Below, piece after piece: positions 1 through 8,804 of a stretch of 64,000 bases of DNA. Numbering within the stretch: position 1 is the stretch's first letter; every line of letters starts with the position of its first letter. Position numbers and translations under genes: made by a program. The notes under the pieces are model-generated. The model saw only the letters and a list, made by a program, of their open reading frames with translations, did no database searches and was not told where the DNA came from. Source of the DNA: Bdellovibrionales bacterium (lineage in GTDB: Bacteria; Bdellovibrionota; Bdellovibrionia; Bdellovibrionales; UBA1609); NCBI GenBank assembly GCA_050249195.1, contig JBFWQY010000021.1:10012-74011 (forward strand). Direction: 5' to 3'.

Positions 1-292
1 AGGTGTCATGGTCTCGATAATGCGCACCTGATCGACGAGAAGCTTTTGGATTTCCACCACGCGCTGCAAGCGCCCGACGATCAGATCCATGAGTTTTTCA
101 TCGATGCGATCGGCTTTGAAGACCTCCAGAACCGACGAAATCTCGGTGAGAATTTGTTTGAACCAGAGCTCATACACCTGGTGGACAATGATAAAGAGCA
201 TCTCGTCATGGGCTGGTTTTCCATGCTCCGCGCTGGCGAGTTTTTGTGCGCTCAAGAGTTTATCGATCTGGAGGTAATCGTGGTAATTCATG
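1..292 (-). CDS. kynA: Tryptophan 2,3-dioxygenase, N-terminal ~97 codons (gene continues past the left edge)
   Basis: Absent from the ORF track because there is no stop in the window. My minus-strand translation from ATG at 292 reads MNYHDYLQIDKLLSAQKLASAEHGKPAHDEMLFIIVHQVYELWFKQILTEISSVLEVF... The HDEMLFI..HQ.YELWFKQIL block is the hallmark TDO helix. The listed + ORF 46..300 is its antisense shadow. Confidence 0.8.
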
Positions 293-305
293 TTCCGTGA
301 AAACA

Positions 306-1259
306 TCATCTCACCTCATGGAGGAAGGTATGGGCCAGTTGCGCGGCCAGTTTGGATGTCCCGCCTGCGGGGTCCAGAGGCGGAGAGACTTCGTAAATTC
401 CAAGCACACGGACATCCAGTCGACGCAGAAGAAGTTGAAGCACGGGCCAAAATTGGTGGGGCGACAGACCCAGTGGCCAGGCCGCACTGGAGCCCATGGC
501 ATAGGGCCACGCGAACGCATCAATATCGATCGCCACGAACGTCGGACGTGAGCGTAAGAGCCAATCTCCAAGGGTACGGGTGGTGAGTTCAAGCAGGCTG
601 AGCCCCGATTCCAGATACTCTTCCAGGCTCAGGATGCGACCGCCCCGGCTTTCCACATAATCCCAATGCGCACGAGCATTGCATTGCCCTTGAATACCCA
701 GTTCCAAAAAATCGAATTCCAAACCGGATTCAAGTAATCGGTAAAAGGGAGTGCCGCTGCTCAATCCCCGGCTTGTATCACGCACGTCGAAATGCGCGTC
801 CACATTGATCACCAGCGGACGCTGATCCCTACAGGATCGCAGCAAAGCCAAACCATCCGGAAATGCATAGTCGTTCCCACCACCAAAGCTGAGAATATTT
901 AGGCCGCTCAAGAGGAGAGACTCCACAGTACGCTGCGCATTTTCATGGCGCACGCTCAAATCGCCCGCGAGTTTGAGATCGCCGATATCGATCAAAGGAA
1001 GAAGAGGACGGCGCGGGTGGGGAGTCATGCGATAAAGAGCGCGCCGGATCTCCGTAGGTCCTTGCGCGGCCCCCGTGCGACCGCCATTGATTTGAATTCC
1101 CTCGTCATCGGGATAGCCTAAGATGGCGACTCCGGCGCCTTTTTCGTTCGCCTCAGGCATTGCAGGCTTCACAAGCTCGCCCAAACGCGGATCCCGCAAA
1201 TCGTGCCGCGAGAAGAGGAGACTCGGGTCCACAGGCTTGAAAGAATTGAGGGCGTTCAT
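306..1259 (-). CDS. Arginase/agmatinase/formiminoglutamase (ureohydrolase) family protein, divergent
   Basis: 317-aa ORF with the family blocks in order: FGGGNDYAF (GGDHS-like block, His not conserved), VINVDAHFDV (DAHxD), VAIDIDAF (xDxDx). Its stop lies 13 nt upstream of the kynA start on the same strand. Confidence 0.7.
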   Translation of the reverse strand: MNALNSFKPVDPSLLFSRHDLRDPRLGELVKPAMPEANEKGAGVAILGYPDDEGIQINGGRTGAAQGPTEIRRALYRMTPHPRRPLLPLIDIGDLKLAGDLSVRHENAQRTVESLLLSGLNILSFGGGNDYAFPDGLALLRSCRDQRPLVINVDAHFDVRDTSRGLSSGTPFYRLLESGLEFDFLELGIQGQCNARAHWDYVESRGGRILSLEEYLESGLSLLELTTRTLGDWLLRSRPTFVAIDIDAFAWPYAMGSSAAWPLGLSPHQFWPVLQLLLRRLDVRVLGIYEVSPPLDPAGGTSKLAAQLAHTFLHEVR

Positions 1260-1363
1260 AGGAGTTTCAAAAATGACGAATCCATTTCTACAAGTCCATC
1301 AAAACACGAGCGACGCAATGCATTTCGGTGACAAATCCGCGGAATTGCGCGAATTCACAAACT

Positions 1364-1825
1364 ATGGCTCACCTTCAGATTTCGCAGTTAATTCCGGCCC
1401 CTCGCTTTGAGACTTTCGATTACCTGACGAATCCGTCTAATCTCCCGCAGCTGCTTCAGCCGATTGTGCAGGCCGAATGCTTGACCCCAAACCTGGAGTT
1501 GAAGCGGGGCGTGGAGATTCACTTTATGATGACCCGCTACGGATTGAGTCAGAGCGTTCGTTTTCGCGTGGAAGACGTGGTGAAGGGCTCGCGTATGACT
1601 TACCGGCAGGTTGAAGGCCTTTTCGCAACATGGACTCATACCACAAGATTTGATGAGCACGCCGCCGCTATGACCTTGGTGACGGACCTTGTGGATTATC
1701 GGCTTCCCATGGGTTTGCTTGGTCATCTTGCCAATGATCTGATCGTGAAAAGCGATATGAAGAACCTCCTGGGCCATCGCCTGAACAGGGCTAAGGAGCA
1801 CTTCACACAATCTTCTGGGCCTTAA
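1364..1825 (+). CDS. SRPBCC/START-fold (polyketide cyclase/dehydrase-like) protein
   Basis: ORF 1328..1825 has a GTG start; I prefer ATG at 1364 (MAHLQISQLIPAPRFETFDYL...). Size of ~150 aa and the N-terminal pattern are typical of SRPBCC proteins. Assigned by recall only. Confidence 0.5.
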   Translation: MAHLQISQLIPAPRFETFDYLTNPSNLPQLLQPIVQAECLTPNLELKRGVEIHFMMTRYGLSQSVRFRVEDVVKGSRMTYRQVEGLFATWTHTTRFDEHAAAMTLVTDLVDYRLPMGLLGHLANDLIVKSDMKNLLGHRLNRAKEHFTQSSGP

Positions 1826-2747
1826 GAACTCGCTGCAGGCTCTGCAGATATGGGAGGGGATAGGCACCGAGTTTATCGATAAGGATGTGCTTGAGAGCGT
1901 CCTTGGGCTCCTGCTGCTCAAAGCTGACCGCACGGTCGTAAGCGTTCGCCGTGGCTGCGACCATGACCATGGGATCCATGTCCTCGCCACGCATACCTTT
2001 AGGGAAGCCGGTGCCATCTGCGTGTTCCTCGTGTTGAAGGACAACACTCAGAACCAGTTGATCCATAAACGGTGCGCTCTGAAGGCGCTCGGCGCCCTTC
2101 ATGGGATGGGACTTATAGACTGTCAGCTCCTCGGAACCTAACGAAGCAATCGGACGAGAGAGATCAAACTCGGAAAAGAAATGATCGATGTCATGGAGCA
2201 AACAGCCCAAGGACAGCAGCGCGATCTCATTCTTCTCGCGCAAATTAGACTCCAGTGCCATCGCCGCGCTCAGTGCGGCCACGTTCACCGAATGGTGAGT
2301 GATGCTTTGATCCGTGTTTTTCAGTTTCAACAGCGCGAGCGCTCCGAAGGGTTCTTTGTTTAGAAACTGTACGAGTCGATGCACGGAACTGCGCGCGTGC
2401 GTGTAGGAGATCTCGTCCTTCGGATCCTCCATGTATTGTTCAGCAGCGGCTTGCTGAAAGCCCTGGATCACTTCGGCTCGGGTCTCCAACGGTTTGCCGG
2501 TGTCTTCATATGCGGAATCAATACTATCCTCGAGGTACTTGCGATAGAGTGATTCCTGCTCAATTCGGATAAACATTTTTTTGAGTTTTTTGCTTTTCAG
2601 GCGCTCAAGCCGCGTGCCTTCAAACGAATCCCCCTGGCGGCAGTAGTGAATGTACTTGCCGGCGACGTGAACGTACACATCAAAGGGGATCTTCAAATCT
2701 CCCCGCAACGTGTTCACGCGGACTGAGGTGTATTCCGAGCTCTCCAT
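1803..2747 (-). CDS. HD-GYP-type phosphohydrolase (c-di-GMP phosphodiesterase family), GYP Tyr replaced by Phe
   Basis: Motifs HHSVNVAAL, LLHDIDH and HPMKG, plus the signature HEEHADGTGFPKG (HHExxDGxGYP with Y->F). The N-terminal ~130 aa is non-catalytic. The layout resembles the Bdellovibrio Bd1817 class (recalled). Confidence 0.8.
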   Translation of the reverse strand: MESSEYTSVRVNTLRGDLKIPFDVYVHVAGKYIHYCRQGDSFEGTRLERLKSKKLKKMFIRIEQESLYRKYLEDSIDSAYEDTGKPLETRAEVIQGFQQAAAEQYMEDPKDEISYTHARSSVHRLVQFLNKEPFGALALLKLKNTDQSITHHSVNVAALSAAMALESNLREKNEIALLSLGCLLHDIDHFFSEFDLSRPIASLGSEELTVYKSHPMKGAERLQSAPFMDQLVLSVVLQHEEHADGTGFPKGMRGEDMDPMVMVAATANAYDRAVSFEQQEPKDALKHILIDKLGAYPLPYLQSLQRVLKAQKIV

Positions 2748-2757
2748 GTGTGTAGAT

Positions 2758-3930
2758 TTAGGCTAGCCGACCCAAAGCCCAGGTCGCAACCTCTTTTAAG
2801 CGCGGGTCTTGCTGCGCAAGCTCGATCTCCGGACGAAGAGCCGCGAGGCGCAAATTGCCGGCGACATAAAGAGCGTTGCGTTTCAGTCCACGTGCGCGGG
2901 CGCGGAGAAGAGGGAGCCCATGGAATCTTTTTTGAATCTGTCGTGAACTGGAGGTGAGCACCCAGCGTAAATCGTCGATCAGGCGATCCGTGGAAGTGGA
3001 TTCAGCGTTGGCTCTTACCGGCTCCTGCGCGTGCGCTGACTCGCGCTCGGGTTTGGGCCTGAGCGCGTGTGTGGGTGTTTGCGTGAGTGTCGTCGCGGCC
3101 ACACTGAGCTTCTGCATTTCTGCTTTTCCGTGCAGCTTTTCGTTCCAGGGGCATACGGTTTGACAAATGTCGCAGCCAAAAAACCAGTCTCCAATTTGGG
3201 TGCGCAGCTCAAGCGACGCGTCCGCCTTCGCCTCTATCGTCCAATACGAGATGCATTTGTTTGCATCCAACGTGCGCGGAGCCACCAGCGCCTGAGTGGG
3301 ACAGGCCCGCAGACAGCGATCGCATGTCCCGCACAGATCGGGGATAGGAGATGTCTGCGCGTCTTCCATGTCCACCGAGCTGAGGTTCACGGACGTGAGG
3401 ATTTGACCAAGGAAAAACAAGCTTCCCTTCTTGGGGTGGATCAGACAGGTGTTCTTGCCGATCCAGCCCAGGCCCGCGCGGTAGGCCAAATCCCGTTCCA
3501 GAATGGGTGCGGAGTCTGTGAAACATAAGAATTCTTGGTTCACAAAAACCCGCCTTAGATTAGCCGCCACCTCTTCAAGTTCCCGACGAAAATGAAAATG
3601 ATAGTCCTCACCAGAAGCATACAAAGCGATCCGGGCAGAAAAATCCAAGGCTCCATACGGCTGAGGGTAGGGGTGAGGGAAGTAGGGGCGTGCAACCACG
3701 ATCGCGGTTTGAGCGCGCGGCATGAAGGAGGCTGGAGATTCTTTTAGGTCGGCATGGCGCTCGAGGTAATCCATGCCGGCATGGCGACCGTCACGAATCC
3801 ACTCGCGATAAAGATCCATGGAGAGCGGGCGCTCGAGAGCGCTGAAGCCAAAGTGGCTGAACCCAGCGCGGGTCAGTTCCTCTTCTACGCAGGAGACAAA
3901 TTCCATAGGGGCAGGCATAATGCATTCCAT
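2758..3930 (-). CDS. queG: Epoxyqueuosine reductase
   Basis: 390-aa ORF with two 4Fe-4S motifs, CGTCDRCLRACPTQAL and GCDICQTVCPWN. Also has the CISYWTIE block and the LGWIGKNTCLIHPK block typical of QueG. Confidence 0.85.
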   Translation of the reverse strand: MECIMPAPMEFVSCVEEELTRAGFSHFGFSALERPLSMDLYREWIRDGRHAGMDYLERHADLKESPASFMPRAQTAIVVARPYFPHPYPQPYGALDFSARIALYASGEDYHFHFRRELEEVAANLRRVFVNQEFLCFTDSAPILERDLAYRAGLGWIGKNTCLIHPKKGSLFFLGQILTSVNLSSVDMEDAQTSPIPDLCGTCDRCLRACPTQALVAPRTLDANKCISYWTIEAKADASLELRTQIGDWFFGCDICQTVCPWNEKLHGKAEMQKLSVAATTLTQTPTHALRPKPERESAHAQEPVRANAESTSTDRLIDDLRWVLTSSSRQIQKRFHGLPLLRARARGLKRNALYVAGNLRLAALRPEIELAQQDPRLKEVATWALGRLA

Positions 3931-5200
3931 GAAGCTGCGTCAAAGACTGGATCTCCTGCACTCTCATCCGGCGTTTTCTGTGGCCGAGAAGATCGTGTCC
4001 ACGCTTCAGAAACAAGGATATGCGACTGTTTTTGCCGGTGGCTGTGTTCGCGACAGCCTTTTAGGAGAAACAAGTCGAGATTTGGACGTGGCCACCGCCG
4101 CTCATCCGGAGGTCGTCGAGGCCAGCTTTGCACGCACTCTTGCCGTAGGTAAGGCCTTCGGAACGATTGTTGTGGTTGAGGACCATTTCAATATTGAAGT
4201 GACCACCTTTCGCAAGGAGGGCCCCTACCTGGATGGACGCCATCCGGCCCATGTTGGCTTTACGGATATGGAAGAAGATGCCCGTCGCCGTGATTTCACG
4301 GTGAATGCTCTTTTTTATGATCCAATGGATTGTGAACTCATTGACTACGCGGACGGTCTAAGCGATTTGCGCGCCCATAGGCTTAGGACGGTAGGAGGGC
4401 CCGAAGAGCGATTTCGTGAGGACCGGCTGCGCATGCTGCGCGCGGTCCGTTTTGTCGCGCAGCTGGGATTTCAGCTCGATCCGCAGGCCTTAGCGGCAAT
4501 TCGTAGGTTACACGCGGACCTCCGTACGGTTTCCGTCGAACGCATCTTAAGCGAAGTTAAGAGATTGCTGTCGGCATTATATCTCAAACAGGGGCTTAAC
4601 GGGCTTTTGACTTCGCGACTAGCGGAAGTCTTTTGGCCTGAGATTCTCCACTTATCCATCGACGAGCTGAACTCTTTCCCACGCTTTCTTAGCTGGGAGA
4701 ACGCTTTCAGTGCCATTGCTCTGGTCGCCGGGCATGAGAATCCCGAGCCTCGCCTAAGGTCATGGAAGGTGTCACGCGAGAGCCTACGGCGAATTTTGGG
4801 GCAGATGCAGGGCGCGCGGACATTGATTCGCCCGGAGTCCACGCGGGCGGAGCGGATCAAAGCGTTGGGACGTGATGACTTCGCGGAAGTTCTTGTGCTG
4901 GCTTCGGGGCTGCTGGCGCGCGCGGGGCGTGACTCGGAATCGGAATTGGAACGCTGGATTGCGGAGTACCGGCGTGTCGCAGACCAGGATGGAAATCTCC
5001 CGCCGCCATGGCTCAATGGAGGAGACCTGATTCAATTAGGCATGGCGCCGGGAGTGGAAATCGGAAAAATCTTAAGTGCCGTTTATGAGGCTCAGCTCGA
5101 AGGTCACATCCACTCGCGAGAAGAGGCCCTCGCCAGAGCCCATGAGATGTGGAGTGCGGGCTCCGCATCCTCGGGTTTAGCAGGCTCCAAATCGGAATAA
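3920..5200 (+). CDS. cca: tRNA nucleotidyltransferase / poly(A) polymerase family protein (CCA-adding enzyme-like)
   Basis: Head-domain motif FAGGCVRDSLLGETSRDLDVAT, plus RRDFTVNAL. Track ORF 3818..5200 overlaps queG; ATG at 3920 (MHSMKLRQ...) or 3929 gives a divergent arrangement with the queG start at 3930. Confidence 0.75.
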   Translation: MHSMKLRQRLDLLHSHPAFSVAEKIVSTLQKQGYATVFAGGCVRDSLLGETSRDLDVATAAHPEVVEASFARTLAVGKAFGTIVVVEDHFNIEVTTFRKEGPYLDGRHPAHVGFTDMEEDARRRDFTVNALFYDPMDCELIDYADGLSDLRAHRLRTVGGPEERFREDRLRMLRAVRFVAQLGFQLDPQALAAIRRLHADLRTVSVERILSEVKRLLSALYLKQGLNGLLTSRLAEVFWPEILHLSIDELNSFPRFLSWENAFSAIALVAGHENPEPRLRSWKVSRESLRRILGQMQGARTLIRPESTRAERIKALGRDDFAEVLVLASGLLARAGRDSESELERWIAEYRRVADQDGNLPPPWLNGGDLIQLGMAPGVEIGKILSAVYEAQLEGHIHSREEALARAHEMWSAGSASSGLAGSKSE

Positions 5201-5202
5201 GA

Positions 5203-6078
5203 TTAGGGCTTAAACCAGCAGCGTGGGCGTAGCCCGACCGTGTGCCCGCTGGCTTCCGTGCAAGTCCCTTGGGTGTAGTCCGAGTCGCTCAGGGGAACGC
5301 TCATATCATGGACACAAAGTCCGCCCTGGTAGTAGGTGTCCAGACGACACTGGGTTGCCGGATGATTGTCATCTGTCTCAGTGACTTCGCTCGGATCCGG
5401 CGTATCAAAGCGAGGAACCGTTTCCTCCTCGTGCATGGCGTGGAATAGAGAGGCTCCGGAGAAGCCCGCCATTCCTGAGCGCATACAAAGAATCTCCTCA
5501 TCCTGAGTCTGGTACAGCTCTTCGCAACGCTGTTTCAAGACAGAGTCAATTTCACCTTCATGGGCTTGAGCCCACTTGGCATTTTCATCAGCGGGAAAAA
5601 CCGCGCGCAAACAACGCAAGGTCGCGAAGTAATCGGCGGCGCCTTCGTTACTGGCCCACGTGTTCCACCAGCCGCTGACCTTGGGTGCGCCACCGATATG
5701 GTGGCCGATCTCATGGCAAGCCACCAGGGTGAAACCTTCGGGTGTGATGGTCTCATGGCGGGCCAAGCCACCGTACATATTGATGACATAGCGATTGCCA
5801 CTCTGATTTGCCGAGGCATTCACGGTCGGGTCTTCCCAGTCGCGGTTGACCACGAGAGTTGCATCCAGCTCGGCGATTACGGGTGTGTAGTAGGCCTCGA
5901 CCTTATCGAGCACCTCGTTGAACTGAGCCTCTGTCAGTCCGCCCTTTTGAAAGACTGATACAGGGATCTTGAGATCGTTTTCAGGCAAAAAGCCCTTACA
6001 GAGAACATGTGATTCGGATAAAGGGGCGGCCGCCAGAAAGCTAACCAATCCGGCCAGTCCCAACCGTGAGAGAACCAT
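5203..6078 (-). CDS. Secreted zinc metalloprotease (HExxH + downstream NEGxxDY, gluzincin-like)
   Basis: N-terminal signal peptide MVLSRLGLAGLVSFLAAAPL. Motif VACHEIGHHIGG is followed ~18 aa later by NEGAADYF. Several Cys pairs are present. Confidence 0.6.
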   Translation of the reverse strand: MVLSRLGLAGLVSFLAAAPLSESHVLCKGFLPENDLKIPVSVFQKGGLTEAQFNEVLDKVEAYYTPVIAELDATLVVNRDWEDPTVNASANQSGNRYVINMYGGLARHETITPEGFTLVACHEIGHHIGGAPKVSGWWNTWASNEGAADYFATLRCLRAVFPADENAKWAQAHEGEIDSVLKQRCEELYQTQDEEILCMRSGMAGFSGASLFHAMHEEETVPRFDTPDPSEVTETDDNHPATQCRLDTYYQGGLCVHDMSVPLSDSDYTQGTCTEASGHTVGLRPRCWFKP

Positions 6079-6170
6079 AGCAACCCTACCTTTCGTGCAG
6101 TTTCGAAAAGTCTAGTTCCAAAATGGAGCCAGTGGGAAGGAGGCGGCACTTGGTCGGGTGAGAATCTGGC

Positions 6171-6359
6171 CTATGGTCGGGTGGGCTTCTTAATTTCGCG
6201 CTTGGTTCCCGTATGTTGGCGCCAATCATAGTCTCGGCTCTGTTCAAAGCGAGCGCGCCAGGCTTTCCATTTTTCCGGGGGCAATCTGTGAACGATATTA
6301 CCTTCTGCATCGAAGATGTCGGGACGTTTACCGAATAAAAATCCAATAAGCTTGTTCAT
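6171..6359 (-). CDS. Small hypothetical protein (62 aa)
   Basis: ORF only; basic and Trp-rich (EKWKAWRARFEQSRDYDWRQH). No family recognised. Confidence 0.3.
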   Translation of the reverse strand: MNKLIGFLFGKRPDIFDAEGNIVHRLPPEKWKAWRARFEQSRDYDWRQHTGTKREIKKPTRP

Positions 6360-6407
6360 TTCATTCCAAACCTAGCCCGAATCACGACGGAGGACAAGAC
6401 CTCAGGC

Positions 6408-6728
6408 TCACTCACACTCGTAGTTGACGCAGGCGGTACTGAGCGGTCCAACCGCATCTTCCGGGATATTCCCACGCTGGGCTAGGTAACCATCGATAAT
6501 TTTATCCCCACAAATTAGGCGGGCGTTTTCCTTCGCCTTCAGGGGGGACTCGCCATAGCCGTACGCCGTTCCGTATCCGGTGCGGATCACGCAGGTGTAC
6601 CGGGATTTTTGCGCGGGCGTGCGTTCAACCTCGAGTTCGCGTTCCGCTGCTTGGGCCCTCAAGGTCAAAATGGCGACCAGAATCAGCATTAAGGGTAATG
6701 CCATTAAAAATCGAGTGAACAGAGTCAT
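6408..6728 (-). CDS. Small secreted Cys-containing protein
   Basis: Clear signal peptide MTLFTRFLMALPLMLILVAILTLRAQA, with 4 Cys in the mature part. No family recognised. Confidence 0.5.
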   Translation of the reverse strand: MTLFTRFLMALPLMLILVAILTLRAQAAERELEVERTPAQKSRYTCVIRTGYGTAYGYGESPLKAKENARLICGDKIIDGYLAQRGNIPEDAVGPLSTACVNYECE

Positions 6729-7043
6729 AAAATCTCTCCTTCGACTTAATCATCTCTACACGTCCTTTTGGAGGAGCAAAGCCGGGTCCAAGCTTTGTTC
6801 TTTGAGGGCGCGGTAAGTGTTGGAAAATTCTGAATGAAATGGGCGACGGGATTGAGGTTTATAAAGGCTCACTGTTATTATATTGGAGCTTTACAAACAG
6901 CGGCACAGGGGTGTTTAGGTTTTAGGCGATCAACGAACCCGACCAACGCCCTGCCGGACCTGAGGGTCTGAAAGCATATATTATCGTGAAGAACGAACTC
7001 GAGACCGTGGGCTTTGCCGTGCGGACACGGACACATTCACGAT

Positions 7044-7517
7044 TCACTCAAACTGAATGTTTGTGATTGCGGCGAACAGGGTGCCGGCAGGGCGATGAAT
7101 TTCGATTTCATCGCCAAGTTTTCGCCCCAGGAGGGCTTTGGCCATCGGAGACTTCCAGGAAATCTTGTTTTGGCCGGGTTCGATCTCGTCCTCACCGACG
7201 ATTTTGTACGTTTTGTTGAGCCCATCTTCGTCCTCGATGGTGACGGTGGCTCCGAAGACGACAGTTTCGCTCTTAACCTGCTTAGGATCGACAACCTGGG
7301 CGTTTTCAATCCGGTCGCGCAGGAATTTCAGGCGCTTGTCGATCTCACGGAGGCGGCGCTTGCCATAAATATAGTCGCCATTCTCACTGCGGTCGCCATT
7401 TCCCGCGGCCCACGCCACGGTTTCCACAAGCTTGGGACGTTCTTCATGAAAAAGTTGACGAAATTCCTCTTGCAACTTTTTGAAACCCTCGGGAGTGATG
7501 TAGTTTGTAGGCGCCAT
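7044..7517 (-). CDS. greB: Transcription elongation factor GreB
   Basis: 157 aa. NYITPEGFKKLQEEFRQLFHEERPKLVETVAWAAGNGDRSENGDYIYGKRRLREIDKRLKFL aligns closely with E. coli GreB as I recall it (REERP...WAA..GDRSEN.DY.Y.K.RLREID.R). Confidence 0.85.
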   Translation of the reverse strand: MAPTNYITPEGFKKLQEEFRQLFHEERPKLVETVAWAAGNGDRSENGDYIYGKRRLREIDKRLKFLRDRIENAQVVDPKQVKSETVVFGATVTIEDEDGLNKTYKIVGEDEIEPGQNKISWKSPMAKALLGRKLGDEIEIHRPAGTLFAAITNIQFE

Positions 7518-7540
7518 AATGATGAGAGTAACCCACGGCG

Positions 7541-8371
7541 GTGAACGTGAGCAACAGCCCCTTTTTAAACTTGGTATTGGCTCGGTGGGTGGACGCTCCG
7601 AACCTGGCTCCTCCCGCCGTGGACTGCCAGAAGTGTTCCTTGGGCCTTATGTACAAGTGCTGCACATTTCAACCCTTCGTGGCGAATTTTCTGTTGGGGG
7701 CACTGATTGAGCGGTACCCCGCGACCTGGCGCCGGCTTACTGTGCTCAGCGACCTCGAGGGGCGAGGATGGGATTTATTGCCTCTGGGCTTGGTGGCGAA
7801 TTCCGAATTCCGACAACGTCACGCGCGAACTCCCGAAGCTGCGCGCGGAGAGGACTTGTTGTGTGCCTTTTATCAGCGGTTAACGGGGCTCTGTACGGCC
7901 TGGGAGTTTCGTCCGGGGGAATGCAGCACCTATTTCTGTCGATCTGAAGGAGATCTCGCGGTGGATCACCTATCCCGGAGCGCCTACGCGGTGGAAACGG
8001 GTGTTGCGCAGATGGCGCTTGTACAGCTGGGGTTTTCCGCACGCGATATCGCGGCTCAGGTGGAGGCCCTTAACAGCGGGCGGAGTGGGTCAAGGGAGAG
8101 AAGCATCGGATCCTTCAGTGGCGGCGACACGATAGAATGTCTTTATAAGACGAGCTGGGAATGGGCTAGGCATCTGCGTCGGGAGGAGGTAAAAACGTGG
8201 CTGGAGGATTTGAGTGAGTCTTACGGATCGGATGACGGAGCGCCAGCATCAAGTTGTTGCGGAATTCAAGCAACTGAGCTCCTGGGAGGACCGTTACAAG
8301 AAGCTCATTCAACTGGGCAAGGAATTGCCGGACCTGGCCGAGGAGATGAAGCAGGAGAAATTCAAGGTTAA
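7541..8371 (+). CDS. Cys-rich hypothetical protein (C-x2-C-x7-CC motif)
   Basis: 276-aa ORF with a GTG start; CQKCSLGLMYKCC near the N-terminus and further Cys (CTAWEFRPGECSTYFC). The last ~50 codons overlap sufE in another frame and look non-protein-like. Confidence 0.45.
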   Translation: MNVSNSPFLNLVLARWVDAPNLAPPAVDCQKCSLGLMYKCCTFQPFVANFLLGALIERYPATWRRLTVLSDLEGRGWDLLPLGLVANSEFRQRHARTPEAARGEDLLCAFYQRLTGLCTAWEFRPGECSTYFCRSEGDLAVDHLSRSAYAVETGVAQMALVQLGFSARDIAAQVEALNSGRSGSRERSIGSFSGGDTIECLYKTSWEWARHLRREEVKTWLEDLSESYGSDDGAPASSCCGIQATELLGGPLQEAHSTGQGIAGPGRGDEAGEIQG

Positions 8372-8666
8372 GGGCTGTCAATCTCAGGTCTGGATGCACG
8401 CGCGACTTGAGGAGAGCTGTATTGTGTTTGAGGCAGATAGCGATGCTCTACTGGTGCGCGGGTTGGTCGCACTTTTGCTGCGAGTTTATTCCGGTGCGAC
8501 TCCTGAAGAGATTCTCACCACACCTCCTGATTTCGTCAAGGAGATCGGCCTTGAAAGTCGGCTGTCGCCGAGTCGTGCGAATGGTTTGTTCGCGATGATC
8601 AAACAAATGAAGCTATATGCGATGGCCTTTCACACAATGGCTCAAAAGGCTCCCACGGACGGCTAA
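8214..8666 (+). CDS. sufE: Cysteine desulfuration protein SufE family
   Basis: WEDRYKKLIQLGKELP, the active-site block KVKGCQSQVWM, ADSDALLVRGLVALL and LSPSRANGL all match SufE/CsdE. The start is GTG 8214 or ATG 8232. Confidence 0.85.
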   Translation: MSLTDRMTERQHQVVAEFKQLSSWEDRYKKLIQLGKELPDLAEEMKQEKFKVKGCQSQVWMHARLEESCIVFEADSDALLVRGLVALLLRVYSGATPEEILTTPPDFVKEIGLESRLSPSRANGLFAMIKQMKLYAMAFHTMAQKAPTDG

Positions 8667-8804
8667 GAGCACCCAATTCTCTTATAGCTATGGCGCTGGA
8701 TATTGCGGACACGCGACCTATGTGCATTACCTCCAGGCCAGCGGCGGTGCCGATCACGTGAGATTTCCCACCTCGTGGTACTCTCTGCACAGAGAGTACC
8801 TAGT

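Noticed and set aside
46-300. 84-aa + strand ORF at the left edge
   Set aside because: It is the antisense shadow of the much better supported minus-strand kynA N-terminus, and its sequence has no recognisable motifs.
1388-2047. 219-aa minus-strand ORF spanning the SRPBCC gene and the HD-GYP 3' end
   Set aside because: It is out of frame with two well-supported genes and has Arg/Ser-rich, low-complexity composition typical of wrong-frame translation.
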